Assembly: GCA_045633565.1 (NCBI GenBank)
Contig: JAZQYO010000007.1
Span: 8,724-72,723 of the forward strand
Direction: 5' to 3'
Length of the DNA: 64,000 nucleotides
DNA from: Clostridia bacterium
GTDB taxonomy: Bacteria; Bacillota; Clostridia; RUG12999
The notes beneath the pieces were generated by a model. The model did not search any database. It saw nothing but the letters and a program-made list of their open reading frames with translations, and was not told where the DNA came from. The stretch's first letter is position 1; each line of letters opens with the position of its first letter. The position numbers were made by a program, and so were the translations under genes. Below are positions 58,006 to 64,000 of the stretch, piece by piece.

Positions 58006-59318
58006 TGAGTTATTTTGATAATATTCCTGTGATTAAATATGAAGGCAAAGACAGCAAAAATCCGCTTTCATTCAAGTATTATGACGCAGAGAGGGTAATA
58101 CTCGGAAAAACCATGAGAGAACACCTGCCCTTTGCAATGGCCTGGTGGCACACTTTATGTGCAGCGGGCACAGATATGTTCGGCAGAGATACTGCAGACA
58201 AATCTTTCGGAACAGAAAAGGGCACTATGCAGCACGCAAAAGCCAAGGTTGATGCAGGTTTTGAGCTTATGCAAAAGCTTGGAATTGAGTATTTTTGTTT
58301 CCACGATGTTGACCTTGTGCCCGAGGCAGAGGACATAAAAGAAACAAACAAAAGACTGGACGAAATTACAGATTACATCCTTGAAAAAATGAATGAAACG
58401 GGCATAAAATGTCTGTGGGGAACAGCAAATATGTTCTCAAACCCCCGTTTTATGAGTGGTGCAGGCAGCACAAACTCCGCCGAGGTTTTCTGCTTTGCAG
58501 CAGCACAGGTAAAAAAAGCGCTGGAGCTTACAGTTAAGCTTGGCGGTAAAGGTTATGTGTTCTGGGGCGGTAGAGAAGGTTATGAAACCCTTTTAAACAC
58601 AGACGTTAAGTTTGAGCAGGAAAACATTGCCCGCCTTATGAAAATGGCGGTGGAATATGGAAGAAAAATCGGATTTAAAGGTGATTTTTATATTGAACCA
58701 AAACCGAAGGAGCCAATGAAACATCAGTATGATTTTGATGCATCAACAGCAATCGGATTTTTAAGACAGCACGGGCTTGACAAAGATTTTAAGATGAACA
58801 TAGAGGCAAACCACGCAACTCTTGCGGGACATACATTCCAGCACGAACTGCGGATTTCAGCCATCAACGGAATGCTCGGCTCCATTGATGCAAACCAGGG
58901 AGATTTGCTGCTTGGCTGGGATACTGACGAGTTTCCGTCAGATGTATACAGCGCAACACTTTGTATGTATGAGGTGTTAAAAGCGGGCGGTCTTACAGGC
59001 GGATTAAACTTTGATTCAAAAACCAGGCGTTCAAGCTATACGGCAGAAGATATGTTCCACGCATTTATTCTTGCTATGGACACATTTGCTCTTGGCTTAA
59101 TCAAAGCAGCTGAAATTATTGAAGACGGCAGAATGGATGAGTTTGTTAAAACAAGATACGCAAGTTTTGACAGTGAAATAGGCAAAAAAATACTTGGTGG
59201 TAACGCAACACTTGAAGAACTGTCTGCCTATGCAGAAAAGCTGGGGCATGTCAAATTGCCGCACAGCGGAAATCAGGAATATTTAGAGGGCGTGCTAAAC
59301 AACATTTTATTTAAATAA
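58005..59318 (+). CDS. xylA: xylose isomerase
   Basis: 437 aa class-II XylA (..FCFHDVDL.., ..GGREGY.., ..[10 protein letters not shown].., ..[14 protein letters not shown]..). Confidence 0.95.
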   Translation: MSYFDNIPVIKYEGKDSKNPLSFKYYDAERVILGKTMREHLPFAMAWWHTLCAAGTDMFGRDTADKSFGTEKGTMQHAKAKVDAGFELMQKLGIEYFCFHDVDLVPEAEDIKETNKRLDEITDYILEKMNETGIKCLWGTANMFSNPRFMSGAGSTNSAEVFCFAAAQVKKALELTVKLGGKGYVFWGGREGYETLLNTDVKFEQENIARLMKMAVEYGRKIGFKGDFYIEPKPKEPMKHQYDFDASTAIGFLRQHGLDKDFKMNIEANHATLAGHTFQHELRISAINGMLGSIDANQGDLLLGWDTDEFPSDVYSATLCMYEVLKAGGLTGGLNFDSKTRRSSYTAEDMFHAFILAMDTFALGLIKAAEIIEDGRMDEFVKTRYASFDSEIGKKILGGNATLEELSAYAEKLGHVKLPHSGNQEYLEGVLNNILFK

Positions 59319-59320
59319 TA

Positions 59321-59349
59321 AAAAAGGCTGAGCTTTTGCTCAGCCTTTT
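59321..59349. terminator. bidirectional terminator (AAAAAGGCTGAGC-tttt-GCTCAGCCTTTT)
   Basis: Hairpin between convergent xylA and the kinase-fold gene. Confidence 0.7.
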
Positions 59350-59353
59350 CAAT

Positions 59354-60103
59354 TTATTCGTAGTCTACAACATCAATCCAGGATAAAAGCAGTTCTCTTT
59401 CCTGCTCGTTGCCTTTTACTGACTGGGAAGCCGCAACGATGGGCATCCATTTCTGAACATACTGTTTTGCAGTGTCGCTCTTTTTGCAGAAAAGGTCGAG
59501 ATATTTTTTTGCAACATCTTCCTTTCCGCTGAGGCAGTAACGAAGGTATGTTCTTGCAACATCTGCCGATGCGTTGCCCTGAGTAGCGTGTGACCAGTCC
59601 AGGATAAAAGGAGTGCCGTCCGGCCTTATAACAATGTTACCGGGGGTAAAGTCGCCGTGGCAAACCTTTTTGTGCTTGGGCATACCCTCAAGTCTGTGAC
59701 GAAGCTCGTAGCGAACCGTGGGGTCGAGATTTGCTTCAACCATTTTGCGGTCCATTTTGTCCTTAAGTTTTGTTAAAAGCGGGCATCTTTTGGAATGTAT
59801 TTCAAGCTGAAGGTCAACAAACAGCTCGAGATATTCATCAAACTTATCAGGATTTTCCTGGATAAGCTGCTCCAGGGTTTTTCCTTCGATAAAATCGCAC
59901 ACGATTGCCCATTTGCCGTCAACAGAGGTAACCTCATGAAGTTTTGGTGTGTTAATGCCGGTTTCTTCAATTCTTGCAAGATTAAGCGCTTCGTTTAAAA
60001 CATCCGCTTTAGAAAACTCCGAATCAAAAACCTTGATACAAAGGTCGCCGTCACGGTAAATCTTTTTGTGTTTTCTTGTTGCAATTACATTGTCAAGTTT
60101 CAT
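59354..60103 (-). CDS. aminoglycoside-phosphotransferase-fold small-molecule kinase (APH/choline-kinase-like)
   Basis: HGDFTPGNIVI..DWS catalytic-loop and DFG-like motifs of the APH/ChoK fold. 249 aa. Confidence 0.6.
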   Translation of the reverse strand: MKLDNVIATRKHKKIYRDGDLCIKVFDSEFSKADVLNEALNLARIEETGINTPKLHEVTSVDGKWAIVCDFIEGKTLEQLIQENPDKFDEYLELFVDLQLEIHSKRCPLLTKLKDKMDRKMVEANLDPTVRYELRHRLEGMPKHKKVCHGDFTPGNIVIRPDGTPFILDWSHATQGNASADVARTYLRYCLSGKEDVAKKYLDLFCKKSDTAKQYVQKWMPIVAASQSVKGNEQERELLLSWIDVVDYE

Positions 60104-60118
60104 TCTTCATTTCCCTCC

Positions 60119-62752
60119 TTATGCTTTTTTGGGCATTTCTTTTTCTGTAAAATGCTTGCCGTAATAAGCGTTGAGATACATCTGTTTTATTTCGCTCATT
60201 AGCGGATATCTCGGGTTAGCGCCTGTGCACTGGTCGTCAAACGCCTGTTCAACCATTTCATCAAGTCTGTCAAGGAAATCTTTTTCATCAATACCGTAAT
60301 CCTTGATGGTATCTTTAATGCCAACTTTTTTCTTCAGGTCGTTGATAGCTTTTATAAGACCTTCAAATTTTTCACTATCATTTTTGCCTTTAATTCCAAG
60401 ATAGTCTGCAACTTCAGCATATCGAGCGAGTGTATGCGGATGGTCATACTGTGAGAAAGTACCCATTTTTGCGGGAGCTTCTGCTGCATTAAAGCGGAGA
60501 ACCTCTTCAATCATTAAAGCGTTGGCAACGCCGTGTGGCAGATGGTGGAAAGCACCAAGCTTGTGAGCCATTGAGTGGCACACGCCGAGGAATGCGTTTG
60601 CAAACGCCATACCTGCCATTGTAGCTGCATTGGCCATTTTTTCTCTTGCCTCAACGTCGGTCTGTCCGTTTTCGTACGCTCTGGGCAAGTATTCAAATAC
60701 TGTTTTGAGCGCTTTAAGAGCAAGACCGTCTGTATAATCTGTTGCAAGCATTGCCGCATAAGCTTCAATTGCGTGTGTTACTGCGTCAATACCCGATGCT
60801 GCAGTTAAGCCTTTAGGAGCAGACATGTGGAAGTCTGTGTCGATAATAGCCATATCGGGAAGCAGTTCGTAGTCAGCCAAAGGATATTTTACGCCGCTGT
60901 TTTCATCTGTGATAACAGCAAAAGGAGTAACCTCAGAGCCTGTACCTGCAGATGTGGGAACTGCGATAAAGTATGCTTTTTCACCCATTTTGGGGAATGT
61001 GTAAACACGCTTTCTAATATCAATAAATCTCATTGCCATATCCATAAAGTCAGCTTCGGGGTGTTCGTACATTACCCACATAATTTTAGCTGCGTCCATA
61101 GCCGAGCCACCGCCAAGGGCAATGATTGCGTCCGGTTTAAATGCCGCCATCTGAGCTGCACCCTCTTTTGCACAACCGAGTGTCGGGTCGGGAGCAACAT
61201 TGAAGAAGGTTGTATGAACAATACCCATTTCATCAAGTTTATCGGTGATGGGTTTTGTGTAACCGTTCTCGTAAAGGAAGGTATCTGTTACGATAAATGC
61301 TCTTTTCTTACCCAGTACATTTTTAAGCTCATCTAAGGCAACGGGCAGGCAGCCTTTCTTGATATATACCTTTTCAGGTGCACGGAACCAAAGCATATTT
61401 TCCCTTCTTTCTGCAACTGTTTTAATGTTGATAAGATGTTTTACGCCAACGTTTTCGGAAACGGAGTTACCGCCCCATGAGCCGCAACCGAGCGTTAGTG
61501 ACGGAGCAAGCTTGAAGTTGTAAAGGTCGCCGATACCACCGTGCGATGACGGTGTGTTAACAAGAATTCGGCAGGTTTTCATACGAGCCGCAAACTCAGC
61601 AGCCTTTTCAGTTTCTGTGATTTCGTTGAGGTATATGGAAGATGTGTGACCATATCCGCCGTCAGCAACAAGCTGCTCAGCTTTTAAAAGAGCATCTTCA
61701 AAATCTTTTGCTTTGTACATCGCAAGTACAGGGGAGAGCTTTTCGTGTGCAAATTCTTCTGAAAGGTCAACCGATTCAACTTCACCAATAAGAATTTTTG
61801 TGCCTTCGGGAACTTTAACGCCCGAAAGCTCAGCAATTTTGTATGCGGGCTGACCAACAATCTTTGCATTGAGTGCGCCATTTATAATAATTGTTTTTCT
61901 AACCTTTTCAATTTCGTCGCCTTTAAGGAAATAGCAACCTCTGCGGGCAAACTCATCTTTTACTTTATTATATACACCCTTTAAAACGATAACTGACTGC
62001 TCGGAAGCACAAATCATACCATTGTCAAAGGTTTTGGAATGAATGATTGAGTTAACAGCAAGTAAAATGTCTGCGCTGTCATCAATAATTGCCGGAGTGT
62101 TACCTGCACCAACACCAACCGCCGGTTTACCGCTGGAATAAGCAGCTTTAACCATGCCGGGACCGCCTGTTGCAAGGATAATGTCCGCCTCTTTCATAAC
62201 GGTGTTTGTCAGCTCAAGTGACGGAACGTCAATCCAGTCAATAATTCCTTTGGGAGCGCCAGCTGCCACAGCAGCTTCAAGAACAAGTTTTGCAGCCGCA
62301 ATAGTTGAGCCTTTTGCTCTCGGGTGGGGAGAAATGATGATTGCGTTTCTTGTTTTAAGAGCAAGCAGACATTTAAATATAGCGGTTGATGTGGGGTTTG
62401 TTGTGGGAATAACCGCAGCAATAACACCAATCGGCTCTGCAATTTTCTTAATGCCAAACGCCTTGTCCTCTTCGATAACACCACAGGTTTTGGTGTTTTT
62501 GTAAGCGTTGTAAATATACTCGGACGCATAGTTGTTTTTGATAACTTTATCTTCAACAACGCCCATGCCTGTTTCTTCTACAGCCATTTTTGCAAGAGAA
62601 ATTCTTGCTTTGGTTGCAGCTGAAGCAGCAGCTAAAAATATTTTGTCCACCTGCTGTTGGGTAAAGGTGGCAAATTCTGACTGTGCTTTTCTCACACGAC
62701 AGAAAGCTTCTTCAAGCTTTTCAACACTGTCAATGACCTGATAATTCTCCAT
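60119..62752 (-). CDS. adhE: bifunctional acetaldehyde-CoA / alcohol dehydrogenase AdhE
   Basis: About 878 aa with an N-terminal ALDH domain and a C-terminal Fe-ADH domain (GGGSAMDAAK, ..HxxxH metal site). Start at ATG 62752 (MENYQVI.., RBS AGGAGGG). The ORF-track GTG at 62776 has no RBS. Confidence 0.93.
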   Translation of the reverse strand: MENYQVIDSVEKLEEAFCRVRKAQSEFATFTQQQVDKIFLAAASAATKARISLAKMAVEETGMGVVEDKVIKNNYASEYIYNAYKNTKTCGVIEEDKAFGIKKIAEPIGVIAAVIPTTNPTSTAIFKCLLALKTRNAIIISPHPRAKGSTIAAAKLVLEAAVAAGAPKGIIDWIDVPSLELTNTVMKEADIILATGGPGMVKAAYSSGKPAVGVGAGNTPAIIDDSADILLAVNSIIHSKTFDNGMICASEQSVIVLKGVYNKVKDEFARRGCYFLKGDEIEKVRKTIIINGALNAKIVGQPAYKIAELSGVKVPEGTKILIGEVESVDLSEEFAHEKLSPVLAMYKAKDFEDALLKAEQLVADGGYGHTSSIYLNEITETEKAAEFAARMKTCRILVNTPSSHGGIGDLYNFKLAPSLTLGCGSWGGNSVSENVGVKHLINIKTVAERRENMLWFRAPEKVYIKKGCLPVALDELKNVLGKKRAFIVTDTFLYENGYTKPITDKLDEMGIVHTTFFNVAPDPTLGCAKEGAAQMAAFKPDAIIALGGGSAMDAAKIMWVMYEHPEADFMDMAMRFIDIRKRVYTFPKMGEKAYFIAVPTSAGTGSEVTPFAVITDENSGVKYPLADYELLPDMAIIDTDFHMSAPKGLTAASGIDAVTHAIEAYAAMLATDYTDGLALKALKTVFEYLPRAYENGQTDVEAREKMANAATMAGMAFANAFLGVCHSMAHKLGAFHHLPHGVANALMIEEVLRFNAAEAPAKMGTFSQYDHPHTLARYAEVADYLGIKGKNDSEKFEGLIKAINDLKKKVGIKDTIKDYGIDEKDFLDRLDEMVEQAFDDQCTGANPRYPLMSEIKQMYLNAYYGKHFTEKEMPKKA

Positions 62753-63003
62753 AAATAACCCTCCTGTGGCAATCACTGCGGGAATGCCATTTATTCATTT
62801 TAAAAATATCATTTTTTGCGCAAAAAATCAAGCAAAATTGGGTGGGGCGACCATGGAAATTTAAACCGCCCCATTTTCCTTGACTTTTGGACGATACTAT
62901 TATATAATTTTTAACAACAATAATCAACAATGGCGACAAAAACGGCATATTTTACATAAAAATGTTGCAAATGAGCAAAAATGCGCAAGGGGGATGGGCG
63001 AAT

Positions 63004-63759
63004 ATGTACATGAATGAGAGACTTCATGAAATCATGAAAGAACTTAACGAAACCAACTATGCAACGGTGGAGTATCTGGCACAAAAACTACACATTTCAA
63101 GCTCCAGCGTGCGCCGGGATCTTGCGGCGCTTGAGGAAAGAGGACTTGTAATCCGAAGCTACGGCGGTGTTGAGCTTGCCGACTCTGTGGGCAAAAACAT
63201 TCCTTTTACTTTGAGAAAACTTGCTTACTTGAGTGAGAAAAAGAGAATTGCAGCGGCAGCGGCAAAAATGGTAAAAGAAGGAGATGTTGTTTTTGCGGAC
63301 GGGTCAAGTACCTGCTTTGTGCTTTTTGAAGAACTTGCAAAAATAAAGGGTATAACCGTTGTGACAAACAGCATTGACGGGCTATTTTTTCTCTCGTCAT
63401 ATCAGACAAAAACCATTTCAAGCGGCGGCGTGACAAGTGGCGAAAACAGGTCGGTACTCGTTGGCCATGCTGCAGAAAGCACTTTTTCGGCTATGCACGC
63501 CGATGTTGCTTTTATTTCTGCTCAAGGTGTTGACGAGGAAGGAAATATTTTTGACGGATATCTCGCTGAAATACCTATAAGAAATATTATGCTGAAAAAC
63601 TCAAAACACAGAGTTTTTCTTGCAGATAAAAGTAAAATCGGCAGATTGTCTGCATATCGTCAATGTGATTTAAATGATGTGGACACGGTAGTAAGCGAAG
63701 TTGACCTTATGGATATTTATGGCGAAAGATACAAAAATACGGAGTTTGTGCAGGTATAA
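63004..63759 (+). CDS. DeoR/GlpR-family transcriptional regulator
   Basis: N-terminal HTH (..ATVEYLAQKLHISSSSVRRDLAALEERGLV) and a C-terminal DeoR sugar-binding domain. ATG 63004 has RBS AAGGGGGA. Promoter TTGACT-17-TATAAT at ~62881-62910. Confidence 0.8.
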   Translation: MYMNERLHEIMKELNETNYATVEYLAQKLHISSSSVRRDLAALEERGLVIRSYGGVELADSVGKNIPFTLRKLAYLSEKKRIAAAAAKMVKEGDVVFADGSSTCFVLFEELAKIKGITVVTNSIDGLFFLSSYQTKTISSGGVTSGENRSVLVGHAAESTFSAMHADVAFISAQGVDEEGNIFDGYLAEIPIRNIMLKNSKHRVFLADKSKIGRLSAYRQCDLNDVDTVVSEVDLMDIYGERYKNTEFVQV

Positions 63760-63840
63760 TTTTATGTAATTTATAGTTGCTTTTTGTAACCCCGTGTGCT
63801 ATAATACTAAAGTTGAAAAATTTTAGAAAGAAGTGGAACT

Positions 63841-64000
63841 ATGAATACATTATTATCAGTATCAATAGCGCTCCTTGCCGGACTACTTATGACAAGGGCG
63901 TTTAAACCTTTAAAATTACCCGCAGTAACGGCATATCTTATTGCCGGCGTGCTTGTAGGCCCTTACTGCCTTGGTGCACTGGGGATAGAAGGTCTGGGGT
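63841..64000 (+). CDS. partial (N-terminal 53 aa) cation:proton antiporter (CPA2/KefB-like)
   Basis: MNTLLSVSIALLAGLLMTRAFKPLKLPAVTAYLIAGVLVGPYCLGALGIEGLG matches the conserved N-terminus of Na+/H+-K+/H+ antiporters. Promoter TTGCTT-17-TATAAT upstream. Runs off the window end. Confidence 0.6.
   Translation, partial: MNTLLSVSIALLAGLLMTRAFKPLKLPAVTAYLIAGVLVGPYCLGALGIEGLG

Noticed and set aside
60827-61336. 169-aa Cys-rich plus-strand ORF inside adhE
   Set aside because: It is antisense to the adhE ALDH/ADH linker region. The composition is shadow-ORF-like and there is no RBS.
62841-62880. GGGGCG..CGCCCC hairpin between divergent adhE and the DeoR regulator as a riboswitch
   Set aside because: It is a single isolated hairpin without flanking conserved motifs. 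It is more likely an insulating or terminator-like element, and was not pursued.

Overview
This window looks like a low-GC Firmicutes (Clostridia-like) chromosome segment across the replication-origin neighbourhood. Nearly all genes from 1 to about 37.7 kb are on the minus strand, and gene orientation switches to mainly plus beyond about 38 kb.

Recognised core genes:
- pheS-pheT with a T-box leader, polC, rnhB, spoIIP, and the rpsF-ssb-rpsR operon.
- The [FeFe]-hydrogenase maturase cluster hydE-hydG-hydF, then serS.
- parA/parB with two perfect parS sites, gyrA, gyrB, remB-like, recF, yaaA, dnaN and dnaA, with DnaA boxes in the dnaA-dnaN spacer.
- Citrate synthase, coaD, rsmD, an NlpC/P60 endopeptidase, a TPP riboswitch with thiT, and azlC/azlD.
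- tRNA-Tyr and tRNA-Thr, a WalRK-like two-component system with yycH/yycI-like genes, and tRNA-Arg(CCT).
- alpha-L-fucosidase, xylB-xylA with an AraC regulator, adhE, and a DeoR regulator.

Accessory or unusual loci:
- A Spo0A-like regulator whose phospho-acceptor position is Glu, preceded by paired TGTTCAA-N5-TTGAACA palindromes.
- A roughly 300-bp inverted-repeat-bounded element just downstream of rpsR.
- A truncated DUF1273/SLOG gene followed by two small HTH genes and an IS200-type Y1/HUH transposase.
- Tandem paralogous XRE genes with a divergent zinc-ribbon membrane peptide next to the tRNA-Tyr/Thr pair.
- A promoter-to-terminator structured leader feeding a 40-aa ORF between the AraC regulator and the fucosidase gene.
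- A bacterial analogue of a cysteine-string J protein.
- Gene fragments of GH1 and DUF1273.
- Partial tRNA-derived repeats next to tRNA-Tyr and tRNA-Arg.

Non-CDS coordinates were read by hand and may be off by 1-3 nt.
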